From Octopus sinensis (taxonomy: Eukaryota), in NCBI RefSeq assembly GCF_006345805.1, contig NC_043022.1:20212001-20276000 (forward strand): a stretch of 64,000 nt of DNA. The letters are read 5' to 3'. Of this stretch, positions 1 to 13,020 are shown piece by piece. The notes under the pieces were generated by a model that searched no databases, had not been told where the DNA came from, and saw nothing but the letters and a program-made list of their open reading frames with translations. The position numbers and the translations under genes are program-made. The first letter of the stretch is position 1. Every line of letters starts with the position of its first letter.

Positions 1-785
1 ATACATGTATATATGGACCTGCATGTAGGCTCCTTCTAAGTGTGTGTGTGTACGTTTGTGCAATTTAGGCTGGGATGGTGGTGGTGGTGATGAGGGGTGT
101 GTGTGTGTGTATGTGTATGAGAATTAACGAGTAAATAATAATTTTTTTCGCAGGGTGGTGGTGACGTAAGGGTATGTGAGAAAAATGGTATGTGAGAAAA
201 ATCTCATTCATTGTTTTACTGGTTAGAGAGAGAGAGAAAGGGAGAGGAGGAGAGCGAGAAAGGGAGAGGAAGTGAGAGAGAGAGGTGGTATTGGTGGTGG
301 TGGAAGGAGATGATGAGATAATCTTTTTTAAATAATTTTACATATGTTTTGTATCTGATGTATTTTGCATCTCCCTCCCCCCCACCGTCTTTCACACGTT
401 CAACAGTTGTGGAAGCTCTACTACATACACAACAGCAACACACACACACCACACACACACATGCTCAGACATGCATATACACTTACACACACATGCACAC
501 ACTCCTCATTCACACAAATCCATACACACACACATACACATTCTAAAACTCATCTTTCCTCTTATGATTATGTATGATCGTAACATATCATCGTCATCAT
601 CATTTTTACATTGAGCATGTGTATATTTGCATACAGATTTGCATTATATACATATATACACACACACACACACAAAGGTGAGTACATTAGTGCAAAAAGG
701 TGGGAAAAAATAGTACCTGAATACCAAAGGTAGAATAATATGCTTTTATTAAAGCTGCAAAATTATATCCCTCCTCCTCCTCATT

Positions 786-818
<33 letters not shown>

Positions 819-1283
819 TCCTCCTCCTCTTCCACCACCACTTCCTCCTCCTCACCACTTTGTCCTCCTCCTCCTCCACCACTTCGTCCACCTCCTCCTC
901 CTCCTCCTCCACCACTTCATCCTCCTCATCTCTTCCTCCTCTTCTTCATCTCCTCTTCAACTTCTCTTCAACTACTTTTCATCTCCTCCTCCCGCTCATC
1001 TTTTACTCCTCCCCTCTGCTGCTCCTCCTCCTCCTCCTTTTTACTTCCTCCTCCTTCACCCCAAATTGATATTCACCATTGTTCATACTCCAGCCAGTAT
1101 TTGCCATCTACTGTATCACCTACAACTCCCCACTTCTAATCATCTGCCGCTCACCTCACATTTTTTTCAAATTTACCTGGCTACTTTGATCTTGCCCCTT
1201 TGTCCTTACCTCCTTCATCCATTCCTTTGTCCCTATACTTCCCTTCTTTTGTGCCTACTCCTTTCACATTCACCCACTTATAC

Positions 1284-1426
1284 CTTGAGAGCACATGATA
1301 TATCAACTGCTGAAGCCCCTTTGATGGGGTCAGCTGAGACCACCAGGCAGACTGATAAACCTTTTTTAGATATTTCTTTGCCATGAGGAAGAGGAAAGAC
1401 ATAATGACATATGCAGGGCCCTTCAT
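1284..1426 (-). CDS. Probable internal coding exon of an unidentified gene
   Basis: Unique sequence between repeats with acceptor cttttctaaattag| and donor AAG|gtataa. It is 143 nt, phase 1 to 0, and reads (D)EGPCICHYVFPLPHGKEISKKGLSVCLVVSADPIKGASAVDISCALK with coding-like codon bias. The protein was not recognised. Confidence 0.5.
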
Positions 1427-2268
1427 CTAATTTAGAAAAGTATGGTGGCGACCCCCTGTTGTACTCTTTCGTCCCAACTTTCTCTCACTCTCTCTTCCTG
1501 TTTCTTGAGTAACGCTGCAATGGACTGGCGTCCTGTCCAGCTGGGGGGAACACATACGCCACAGAAGCCGGGAAATCGGGTCCATGAGCCTGGCTAGGCT
1601 TGAAAAGGGCAACGTTTATAAACATTATAAACCTCCCGTAGTTTTATAACTGGACATATTTCATCTGCTGTTATGTTCTGAGTTCAAATTCCACCAAGGT
1701 CTACCTTGCCTTTCATCCTTTTTCATTAAGCATCATCATCATTTAACATTCACTTTTTGAATGATCAGAGAATACATCATCATCATCATCATCATCATCA
1801 TCATTTAACACCCTCCTTCCCTGCTAGCATGGGTTGGATGGTTTGACAGGAGCTGACCAGGCAAGAAGCCTGCACCATACTTCTGTGTCTGTTTTGACAT
1901 GGTTTTTTTTATGGCTGGATGACCTTCCTGGCACCAACCACTCTGCAGAATGGGCTGAGTGCTTTTTATGTGGCACCAGCACAGGCAAGATCAGTTTTGG
2001 CATAGTTTTATAAACGTCACCCTTTTCAAGCCTAGCCAGGCTCATGGGCCCGGTTTCCCGGTTTCTGTGACGTATGTGTTCTCCCCAGCTGGACTGGATG
2101 CCATGTGTGATAGGCTTCTTTCAGTTTCCATCTACCAAATCCACTCACAATGCTTTGGTCAGCTTGAGGCTATAATAGAAGACACATGCCCAAAGTGCCA
2201 TGCAGTAGGAGTGAACCAAGAACCATGTGGTTTGGAAGCAAGCTTCTTACCACACAGTTACACCTGTG

Positions 2269-2338
<70 letters not shown>

Positions 2339-2864
2339 TTCATATACTTTTAGTTTTCACGCACCAAATCCATTCACAAGGGTTTGGTCTACCTGGGGTT
2401 GTTGTAGAAGACCCTTGCCCCAAGGTTTCATGCAGTGAAACTGAAATCAGGACCACGTAGTTGGAAAGCAAGCTCCTTATCCACACATCCACACCTGCAT
2501 GTTTGATAATGTAGGGAAAATAAATATATATTAAAAAACTAAAAATAATAGAACAAAAATTAAAGAGTTTGAAAAGAATTCTGTATTTACATTTAATTAT
2601 TTTCCTACATTTTTTTATTACATAAGAGCTGAAAAATTTCAATGAAAAAATTTGACAAATTCCTCATTTGTGGCTTTATTTCTTTCATTGCTGTCATTCA
2701 TCAAGTTGTTCTGTTCCACCTAAATTGTACACAGAACCACTGAGAGATTCGCTGGTTAGTCAGCTGGTCACCCTGTGTTCATAACAGCAGGTGTGATGAC
2801 ATTTAGAGAATGTTACGTAATCAGATGTGTCAAATTGGTTTCAAATAGATATAACAATTAGATG

Positions 2865-2913
<49 letters not shown>

Positions 2914-2914
<1 letters not shown>

Positions 2915-3292
2915 TAGCAGTATCGCCCGGCGTTGCTTGGGTTTGTTTCGACCCTTTAGAATTGGAATTTTTGAAAAGTAAAAATTTTGCATTATGTAGC
3001 TTGTTATTCTCTTTAAGTGAACGTTTTTCTGGTTGAAATACACCAAAAAATGGCGACACAGCAATAAAAAAAAATCGTTAAAAAATAGGGATTTTCATAG
3101 AAAAAAAATCACCTTTTTAATGTAAATAATTTTTGGTGTTCACATGGTCCAATTTGAATTTTTTCTTCAACGGAAGGAAGAGGAAGCCTTCTTCTATCAT
3201 ACTCTCAGTTTTGGTGAACTTGCGCCACAGGGTCTTGGAGGAGATAGTGTTAGTTGAAGGCTACCAAACTTGCCATACACAGACAACTTCAG

Positions 3293-3335
<43 letters not shown>
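2914..3335 (-). mobile_element. Non-autonomous Helitron-like element (near complete)
   Basis: The minus strand ends cccaagcaacgccgggcgatactgCTAG|T (subterminal hairpin plus CTAG) and begins in (TA)n with ataaagctgaagttgtctg. A second copy in the opposite orientation at 41963-42240 starts TCtatatatataaagctg. Confidence 0.75.
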
Positions 3336-3339
<4 letters not shown>

Positions 3340-3832
3340 TACATATATGTCTATATATATATATATCTACACACATGCACACACATACAGAGGGTGCAGT
3401 GAATACACTGTCATATAAATTATGCAAAAAGGAAAATAGCACTGATATCTCATTTTAACAGATATATTTCCAAAATTACATAAAAATGAAGTGGCTCTGT
3501 GGTAAGTAGCTTGCTTATGAACCACATGGTTCCAGGTTCAGTCCCACTGCATGGCACCTTGGGCAAGTGTCTTCTACTATAGCCTCGGGCCGACCAAAGC
3601 CTTGTGAGTGGATTTGGTAGACGGAAACTGAAAGAAGCCCATTGTATATATGTATATGTATATATATATATATGTCTGTGTGTGTGTATATGTCTGTGTG
3701 TCTGTGTTTATCCCTACAACATCGCTTGACAACCGATGCTGGCCCATGGTGTCACGCAGTAGGACTGAACCCAGAACTATGTTGTTGGTAAGCAGGCTAC
3801 TTACCATACAGCCACTCCTGCACCTCTCACTT

Positions 3833-3869
<37 letters not shown>

Positions 3870-3959
3870 ATTATTTATACTCACATGGACTGGTTTCTGG
3901 ACTGGCACAATAGCCTCACCTTTCTCAGCTCACGTTACCATGATAGAGAGCCCCAACCT

Positions 3960-4137
3960 ATCACAGTGTTTTGAATTAATCATGCTTTATTACATAGCTT
4001 TGAGATTTTGATGATGCGACTGTTAATAGAATGACATTTGAGGGCAGGTATGAGAGGCTGGATCTGGCCAGTTTGAAAATAAAGCAGGTAGAATATCTGG
4101 ACCAGATATGGCTGATTTAAATGCTAATGTGTTAAAT
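3960..4137. mobile_element. Fragment of a dispersed piggyBac-like MITE (also about 24310-24470, 25420-25542, 47200-47310, 57511-57570)
   Basis: Recurrent gtgagagg..gatctggccagttt..aaagcag.tagaatat...ggc.gatatggc..gttta block. The ends ttaa-tcctttagcatt (57511) and aatgctaatgtg-ttaa (4121) imply a TTAA target and CCCTTTAG-like termini. Confidence 0.55.
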
Positions 4138-5354
4138 AATATGTCCTGTAGCTTGGCAGTTTTGTTCGTTCCTTTGTCTTGTTGAGGACAGTTGAGTACA
4201 AATATTACCTGAGGATAGGGAAACACTGGTAATAGAAAGGACTGCTGGCTGTAGAATATTAGAAGACTAGCTCAATGGGTCTCATTCAACCCATGCTAGC
4301 ATGGAAAAATCAGATGTAAAATCTATGACGATGATGATGATGTTGAAGGTAGTAGTGGTGTTGAAGATGGTGATGATTATGGTGATAATGATTGTGTATG
4401 TGTGTGCATACATGTGTGTGTGTGTGTGTGTTGAAGTATTTAATAAAGGAAAGAGGGAGAGAGAGAGCGAGAGAGTAATATGATTATATGGTTAAGTGTC
4501 TGAAATGAGTTTCTGTTAATTAGATTATATAATTTTTTGAACTAATTAACCTCATCGTTAGAGACGATATTTCACTATTCATCTCTTCGGCTCCATGCTG
4601 TGATCAGTTATAGTTTTATCTCCAATCATCATCAGGTGTCTTATTCCTGGAATATGTCCTTTCCTACCAGACTGCACTTCAGCTAAGAAAAACAACAACA
4701 ACAAAAATGATCTTATATAAAATGATGATGATGATGATGATGATTATGGTAGTGGTGGTGATAACAGTTGTGGTGATGATGATGGTGGTGGTGGTGGTAA
4801 TTATGGTGGTGATGATAGTTGTGATGATAGTGGTGGTAATGATGAGGATAGTGGTGATGATGGTGATGATGATCATGTGGTGATGGTGATGATGGTGATG
4901 ATGATACTGATAGTTGTGGTAATGAGGGTGATGATAATCATAGTGCTGATAATGATGATGATGATGGTGAAGGTCCTAAAGATGATGATGATGTCGATGA
5001 CAACGATTAGGTTAGAACTTATTGAAGCATGGACGATCCCAAAAATGAGAGATTTTGTATGAGAGCACCAGAAGGCTTTGGCTTGTGTATGCATGTGTGG
5101 ACGGTCTCGTGTGTGTGTGAAAGCAACGGGGAGGGTTACCGGTTCATAGAAGCAAACAGTAGTCAGTACTTTGTGTGGGTGTTGATTGATTGATCTTTGC
5201 AGAGGTTTGACTTGAGATAACATTTGAAAAACACAAAGAAGACTAGATAAATGTGTTTCTGGTTAGCAAGTATCTTCATGGATGCGTCAGATAACTGAAT
5301 ACACTAAAAAAAAGTGATAATGACAGAGAAATATGCTTATCATCATCATCATCA

Positions 5355-5741
5355 AGGCGGCAAGCTGGCAGAATCGTTAGCACACCGGGCGAAATGCTTA
5401 GCGATATTTCGTCTGCCGCTACGTTCTGAGTTCAAATTCCACCGAAGTCGACTTTGCCTTTCATCCTTTCGGGGTCGATTAAATAAGTACCAGTTGCGCA
5501 CTGGGGTTGATATAATCGACTTAATCCATTTGTCTGTCCTTGTTTGTCCCCTCTGTGTTTAGCCCCTTGTGGGTAGTACAGAAATAGGTATTTTGCCTGT
5601 CACTACGTTCTGAGTTCAAATTCAGCTGAGGTCAACTTTGCCTTTAATCCTTTCGGGGTCGATAATATAAGTACCAGTTGAACATTGTAATCGATTCATC
5701 CCCTCCCACAAAATTATTGCCCTTGTGGCAAAATTTGAAAC

Positions 5742-5783
<42 letters not shown>

Positions 5784-6020
5784 GGCATCGTGCTGGCAGA
5801 ATTGTTAGCACACCGAGTGAAATTCTTAGCAATATTTCGCCCATCACTACGTTCTGAGTTCAAATTCTGCCGAGGTTAACTTTGCCTTTCTTCCTTTTGG
5901 GGGTCAATAAATTAAGTAGCAGTTGTGTACTAGGGTTGATCTAATTGACTTGGCGGTATTTTGCCCGTGTTTACATTCTGGGTTCAAATTCCACCGAGGT
6001 CGACTTTCATCCTTTTGGAT
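5355..6020 (+). mobile_element. SINE family B cluster (tRNA-like head, conserved gcctttcatcctttcggggtcgataaattaagtaccag body, (ATT)n tails)
   Basis: Head ggcggcaagctggcagaatcgttagc with B-box gagttcaaattcc. Further copies or clusters: 7741-7970(-), 8268-8770, 10054-10205, 11097-11520, 39010-39830, 40310-40435(-), 43035-43240, 46745-47200, 51830-52050(-), 53183-53565(-). The body resembles the Meta/MESC-type SINE domain from memory (unverified). Confidence 0.85.
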
Positions 6021-7175
6021 GAGAGGAACCATGTGGTTGTTAAGTAAGCTTCTTACCTCACAGCCAGACCTGCACCTATATATAATGAGAATTTACAGAA
6101 AAACAAAAGATAAAGACAGGTGTGTAAACAACAAACAGATGTATTAGTTTAACGCTTGGGAAGTGAGAAAGTCTTTTACGTTTTGAGCCTATGCTCTTCA
6201 ACAGAAAGGAACACAGAAATAAACAGGGAGAGAAAATAGAAAAAGGTATAGTGGCTAGCGGTCTATCATGGCAAAATGTATATGTAAATCTTGTTTCAGT
6301 CATTTGACTGCTGCCATGCTGGGGCACTGCCTTGAAGGGTTTTAGTCAAACAAATCATCCCTACGACTTACTTTTTTTTTGAGCCTAGTCTTTATTCTAT
6401 TGGCCCCTTTTGCTGAATCGTTAAGTTACAGGAATGTGAACACACCAACAACGATTGTCAAGCAGTGGTGAGGGACAAACACAGACACAAAGACATGCAC
6501 ACACACACATATATATATCTCTACAATGGGCTTCTTCCAGTTTCCATCTACCAAATCCACTCACAAGGCTTTGGTTGGCCCGAGGCTATAGCAGAAGAAA
6601 CTTGCCCAAGGTGCCATGCAGTGGGACTGAACTCAGAACCATGTGGTTGCCGAAATAAAACTTCTAAAAACACAGCCACACCTGCTCCTATATATATATA
6701 TATATATATCAGTGCCCCAGCGTGGCCGCAGCTCGTGAGCTGAAACTAGATAAAATAAAATAAATATATATATATATGAACTTTTCAATTAATTTGGCAA
6801 ATAACCTCTGCCTTGAATAGAAAATTTTGTAGCTTATTAGAAGACAAATGTTTATTTCCATTTTTGATGGAACATGAAAAGCAAGAAGACTATGCTGCTT
6901 GGACAATTTTCAAAATCTTTTCGGACAGAGATGCTGATGAATTCCTGCTATTCTTATACTTAATATATGTCAAACCGTGATGTTGCTGTAGTTGTCTTGA
7001 AACAACTCATTTAACTTCAATGGAGTTAATAGGTTTATTTGGGGCCAACAACATATGTTTGTGTTATTAATTGAATTTATTTTCTACCTTGTTCTACCTA
7101 TATTAAGAATCTGCCTTGTGTATGTGTGTGTGTCTGATATTGCATATGTATATATGTATGTATGAGTATGTATGT

Positions 7176-7227
<52 letters not shown>

Positions 7228-7424
7228 TACTCTTTTACTCTTTTAATTGTTTCAGTCATTTGACTGCGGCCATGCTGGAGCATTGCCTTTAATCGAGCAA
7301 CTCGACCCCAGGACTTATTCTTTGTAAGCCCAGTACTTATTCTATCGGTCTCTTTTGCCAAACCGCTAAGTGACGGGGACATAAACACACCAGCATCAGT
7401 TATCAAGCAATGCTAGGGGGACAA

Positions 7425-7457
<33 letters not shown>

Positions 7458-7585
7458 CGACAGGCTTCTTTCAGTTTCCGTCTATTAAATCCACTCACAA
7501 GGCATTGGTCGGCCCAGGGCTATAGCAGAAGACACTTGCCCAAGATGCCATGCAGTGGGACTGAACCCGGAACCATGTGGTTGGT
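7228..7585 (-). mobile_element. SINE family A, head-truncated. Other truncated or older copies: 2100-2500, 3500-3820, 6290-6690, 16565-16920, 17570-17980, 19945-20310, 23860-24192, 27510-27650, 45135-46000, 56370-56520, 57940-58100, 60805-60965, 61545-61700, 62280-62440
   Basis: Shared ctttcagttt...ctaccaaatccactcacaagg...cacttgcccaagg core. Confidence 0.85.
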
Positions 7586-8082
7586 TTCGAACTCACAACC
7601 TCACGATCATAAGCTTGATGCTCTAACCACTGAGCCACATGTGTATGTAAATATGTCTCTACATGTGTGTGGAAGCGTATTTATGTATAATGTGAGCTTA
7701 TGTATGTGTATATGTCAGTGTGTGTATACATATATATATATTTCTTTACTACCCACAAGGGGCTAAACACAGAGGGGACAAACAAGGACAGACAAACGGA
7801 TTAAGTCGATTATATCGACCCCAGCGCGTAACTGGTACTTAATTTATCGACCCCGAAAGGATGAAAGGCAAAGTCAACCTCGGCGGAATTTGAACTCAGA
7901 ACGTAATGGCAGACAAAATACGGCTACGCATTTCGCCCAGCGTGCTACCGTTTCTGCCAGCTCGCTGCCTGTGTGTATACATATATATAAGTACATACGT
8001 ATGTGTATATATCTACCTCTGTATGTTTGTGAAATTGTGTGTGTTGTGTATCATCATCATCGAAACATACATACATGCATGC

Positions 8083-8119
<37 letters not shown>

Positions 8120-9280
8120 TCTCCATCAGCTGTCAATTGGCTATCATCAAATTTCTGTTCCTTCAGCCAGTTATTGCTCTTTCTTTGAGCAGTGCTTAGT
8201 ATCATTGATGCTCCCAAGCAAGATCTTGGTTCTTCTGCTCTGCACTGCTGGCCTTATGCCTATATTTTGAGCTGGTAGAATTGTTAGTACACCAAGCAAA
8301 ATGCTTAGAGGCATATCGTCTGTGTTTATGTTCTGAGTTCAAATTCCATTGAGGTTGACTTTGCTTTTCATCCTTTACGGGTCAGTGAAATAAGTACCAG
8401 TACCAGTTGAAGACTGGGGTCCATATAATCAATTTACTCCTCCCCCTAAATAACTGGCCCTGTGCCAAAATTTTATACCATTATTATTATTATTATTATT
8501 ATTGTTGTTGTTGCTGTTGTTGTTAAGGCGTTGAGCTGGCAGAATCGTTATTACAACATTTCGGCATTTCGGCCGTTTTTACATATTCTGAGTTCAAATT
8601 CCACCGACGTTGACTTTGCCCTTAATCTCTTTGGGGTTGTTAAAATAAGTACCAGTTGAGCAGTAGTAGTAGTAGTAGTAGTAGCAGTAGCAGCAACTTG
8701 TGGAGATCGACTGCCCCCTTCCCGCTCCAAATTTCAGGCCTTGTGCCTATAATAAAAAAAGGTTATTATTAAGGCATTGACTTGGCAGAGTCATTAGAAT
8801 ACCAGACAAAAATACCTTGTGGTATTTCTTTTGGATTTTTTATTTTATTTAAATTTTTTTTGTTTTGAGATCAACTACTACTTTAGTGAGCTTTGCCGTT
8901 TGTCCTTTCTGGATCAATACCAAGAAGTACCAGTTGAGTACTTGGGTGTGAGGTGGGACGTCGGCAAAATCAATCACTTCGTCTTCTTCCAAATTAGAAA
9001 TCATCATTATCATCATCATCATCATCATCATCATCACTGTTTTCATTGTCATCACCATAATTGTCATCATCACTATCATCATCATCATCAAAGATGTTTT
9101 TACCTTAGGTTTTGTTTCTTTCAACTTCATACAGTAGTAGTAGTAGTAGTAGTAGTAGCAGTAGCAGCAACTTGTGGAGATCACGAGGAAGAACAAGCGA
9201 GGAGAAGGTGGCAGGGGGAGCACATCGGAAATTATAACCTTGGCATGCTTCCTTTGGACAGCTTACCAATAAATTAAACG

Positions 9281-9311
<31 letters not shown>

Positions 9312-9653
9312 TCTTTCTCTCAGAAGAAAAATAATAAAAATGTAAAAAACAACAACAATAATAATAATATACTGTTATTTTTCTGCTGGAGTCTCACACA
9401 AACCCTTTTGTTCGTTGTTTTCTTGTGAGAATTATTCCTGGGTGTGTAGAAAGTGGCAAGAAGGGGTTTATTTTTTCCCCCACAAATATGTAGCAAAATT
9501 CCTTTTTAATGCAAATATATCCAGGGATGTTTTGTTTCAGTTTTTTATTTTTCTGTAGTATTTTAAGTCTATTTGTAGGATAATTATTATTATTCTTAAT
9601 CATTATTGATATTATTTTTATTGTTTTATTGCTATTACTGCACCTATTACATA

Positions 9654-10040
9654 GGCGCAGGAGTGGCTGTGTGGTAAATAGCTTGCTAACCAACCACATG
9701 GTTCTGGGTTCAGTCCCACTGCGTGGCATCTTGGGCAAGTGTCTTCTGCTATAGCCCCGGGCCGACCAATGCCTTGTGAGTGGATTTGGTAGACGGAAAC
9801 TGAAAGAAGCCTGTCGTATATATGTATATATATATGTGTGTGTTTGTCCCCCTAGCATTGCTTGACAACCAATGCTGGTGTGTTTACGTCCTCATCACCT
9901 AGCGGTTCGGCAATAGAGACCGATAGAATAAGTACTGGGCTTACAAAGAATAAGTGCCGGGGTCGATTTGCTCGACTAAAGGCGGTGCTCCAGCATGGCC
10001 ACAGTCAAATGACTGAAGCAAGTAAAAGAGTAAAGAGAGT
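9654..10040 (+). mobile_element. SINE family A, full length (tRNA head, CORE-like body, internal microsatellite, GTAAAAGA tail)
   Basis: Starts ggcgcaggagtggctgtgtggtaa with the B-box ggttcagtcc. The ccttgggcaagtgtc segment resembles the CORE domain. It may be one of the published octopus OR/OK SINEs (not verified). Confidence 0.9.
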
Positions 10041-11789
10041 ACTATTATTATTGAGGCAATGAGCTGGCAGAATCATGAGCATGCCAGGCAAAATGCTTAG
10101 CAGTATTTCGTCTGCCGTTACGTTCTGAATTCAAATTCCACTGAGGTCGTCTTTGCTTTTCATCCTTTCGGGGTCGATAAATTAAGTACCAGTTAGTTAC
10201 GCACATTTCCAGGAGTGACTTATTTAAATTGTAGAGAATCCCTCTCAACACATGATTATGATGTTCTTCCACTACTTCTGCTTGTGATCAGAGATGAACA
10301 TATTACCAGCTATTAAGGAGCATGCTCAACTGTTTAAGGCAAAACAACTGACAAGAAAGTCTGTGGTATTGAGCAGAATTTTTACTGTAGCCCATCTTTT
10401 ACACCAAGACATGAACAGAATATTTGTCTTTTACACATAATAATAATAATAATAATAATAATGATATTGATGCATGAAGAAATCTCAGTAAAATAATTGA
10501 GAATTGATCAGATGGATGAAGAATTTAGAGAAATACATTAGTTTTTGCTTTTTCTAAATTTTTTTGTTACATGACTAAATATATAAATAAATATAAATAA
10601 ATCAATATGATAAATTGATGGGGAATGAAGGAGGAGGTGTTTTATTAGGTATATCTGAAGAAGATTTTTACTGAGAAAAATGGGAATTATAAATTTAAAA
10701 TTTCATTGAGAAATTACATAGATTGCCACAGACATCTTATCGCTTTCCTCCTCATTTATTTACTGCTTCCATGCTTCAGAACAATAGACAAGTATTTCAC
10801 CATTCCTACATGCATATTTAATGGAAGGCATCAAGCCATATTATTTTGTTTATAATTAATTAATTAAAACAACAAAACAGTACAGAAGAAAATAAGCATA
10901 ATTTAAAAGAAATCAATTGAAAATTAACAAAACAATTTTCTCATAAAAATCTTTATCATTATAAAAAAAAAATTATAGTTATTATCACTCTTCTTCTTCT
11001 TCTTCTTCTCCTCCTCCTCCCCCTCCTCCTCCTTCTTCTTCTCCTTCTCTTTCTCCTCCTCCTTCTCCTCTCCTCCTCCTCTTCATCATCATCATTAAGA
11101 CAGCAAGTTGGCAGGATCGTTATTCGTGCCGGGCAAAATGTCCGTTTTTATGTTCTAAGTTCAAATTCCACTGAGGTCAACTTTGCCTTTCGTCCTTTCA
11201 GGGTTGATAAATTAAGTACCAGTTAAACACTGGGGTCGATGTAATTGACTTATCTCATCCCTGCCAAAATTGCTGACTTTATGCCAGAATTTGAAATCAC
11301 CATTATTATTAATAAGGCAGCAAGTTGGCAGAATGGTTAGCGCAGCAGGCAAAATGCTTATTTCATCTGTCTGTGCATTCTGAGTTCAAATTCCGTTGGG
11401 GTTGATTCTTTCAGGGTCAATAAAATACATATCAGCTGAGCATTTGGGTCAATGTAATCAATTTAGTCCCTCCCGCACAATTTCTGGCCTTGTGCTGAAA
11501 TTTGAAACCATTAATATTATTATTATTAATTTTATTATTAGTTTGTGTTTGTTTTGTTATGCGATGTGCAACGAATGCAGAAATTGCATTCAGTAATCTT
11601 GGTTTCACTGAATAATTAGAATATTACATTTGCCAATGCCAAAGCAATTCTCTTTGGAGATTATTGTTGCAAAAACTTTTGCTGCTTGTCTTTGGCCCAG
11701 TAATTTCTATTCATCGATGCAACATTTTTGAAGAAATTGTCAATAAAGGAGAGAAATTATGTAAATTCTTGGCTACACAGCAGCGTGTA

Positions 11790-12370
11790 TTGTGGTGGTG
11801 GTGGTGGGGTAGGTAGTGGGGGGATTGGTATGTAGGGGGTAGTGAGTGGTGTGTGTGTGGGAGAAGTGGCGTGGTGGTGGTGGGTAGTGGTGTGGAAGTG
11901 ATGGGGTAGGTAATGGGGTGGAGTGGTATACAGGAGGGGTAGTGAGTGGTGGGGGGACTGGTATGTAGGGGTCGTGAGTGGTATGTGTGTGGGAGAAGTG
12001 GCAATGGTGGTGGTGGGTAGTGGTGTGGCGGCAGAGGTAGGTTTTGGGGGTAGTGGTATGCAAGGGGTAGTGAGTGGTGTGTGTGTGGGTGAAGTGGTGT
12101 GGAAGTTGTAGGGTAGGTAATGGGGTGGAGTGTTGTGTGGGTGTAGTGGCATGGGCAGCATTAGTGTGAGGGGGTGGGGGAGTTACAAGTGTGAGTGGAG
12201 TGGTATGTAGGGGTAGTGAGTGGTGTGTGTGTGAGCAGTAGTGGCATGGGCGGTAGTAGTGTGGGCAGTAGTGGTATGGGGGTGGGGGTAGCAACATGGA
12301 TGACAGCAGTGTCGGTGGGGGTAGGGTGTAGTCATGTGGAGATATTGGTTTGGGGGAGGAGTGGTGGAGT
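11790..12370. repeat. G/T-rich degenerate repeat tract
   Basis: Recurring tggtatgtaggggtagtgagtggtgtgtgt units with many GGGG runs. Confidence 0.85.
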
Positions 12371-13020
12371 TGAATTCCTTCCTGCCTTCCTTTATTACTT
12401 GTTTTTCCTCTTCTCCATCTTTTCTTTACCCCACTCTTCCCTCCACCCTTCCTTTCTCCCTCTCTCTCTCTCTTGCTTTCCTTTCTTCCTTCCTTTTTCT
12501 CTTCACTTCCCTCTTCTCTCTCTCCCACACCATGCCTTCCTTCCTTCCTCACATCAACTCCCCATCTGTCAGGGTCTCTCTGCCTCCACTGCACCCCCCC
12601 CCATAATTGCTGTATGAAACAAATCCTTTTTTAACCAACACTTCTCCACCCTCACCCCCCACCTACCTGCAATGACAGCAGCAAAGGGAAACTTGTTCCA
12701 CCCTGATGAACATGTTTTTTTGTTGTTTTTTTTTCCTTCTAATTATTACACATCACATCATCATCACTGTCATCACCACCACCACCACCATCATCATCGT
12801 CGCCCTCATCATCATCATCATCATCACCAGTACCACATTTACTGTCATCATCATCATCACCAGCATTATCATCGTCAATTGATTGTTGTTTAACTTCAAA
12901 TCAACCCTGGGCCATTTCAAGTACTGATCAAAGCTCTTCCAACCATAATCATCCCATTTTGTTGGCAATAAATGAGCAAATACTCATTAGCAATACAATC
13001 TCACGGATATCATGAACTAC

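Noticed and set aside
4600-4645. gacacCTGATGAtgat... motifs at 4600-4645 and 46345-46385 as further hammerheads
   Set aside because: The core heptamer is present but the GAAA and stem elements are too degraded to support.
7410-7766. Recurrent ORFs MLGGQT..., ...QIHSQG..., ...QLDALPNAN... that look like a multigene family
   Set aside because: They are antisense translations of SINE families A and C, with frame-disrupting microsatellites.
8120-8270. Minus-strand exon candidate with a perfect TACTAAC branch point
   Set aside because: The branch/acceptor is the reverse complement of a SINE B head, and all three frames hit stops.
11757-12617. 273-aa and overlapping Pro/Thr/His-rich ORFs
   Set aside because: Translation of the degenerate G/T-rich repeat tract.
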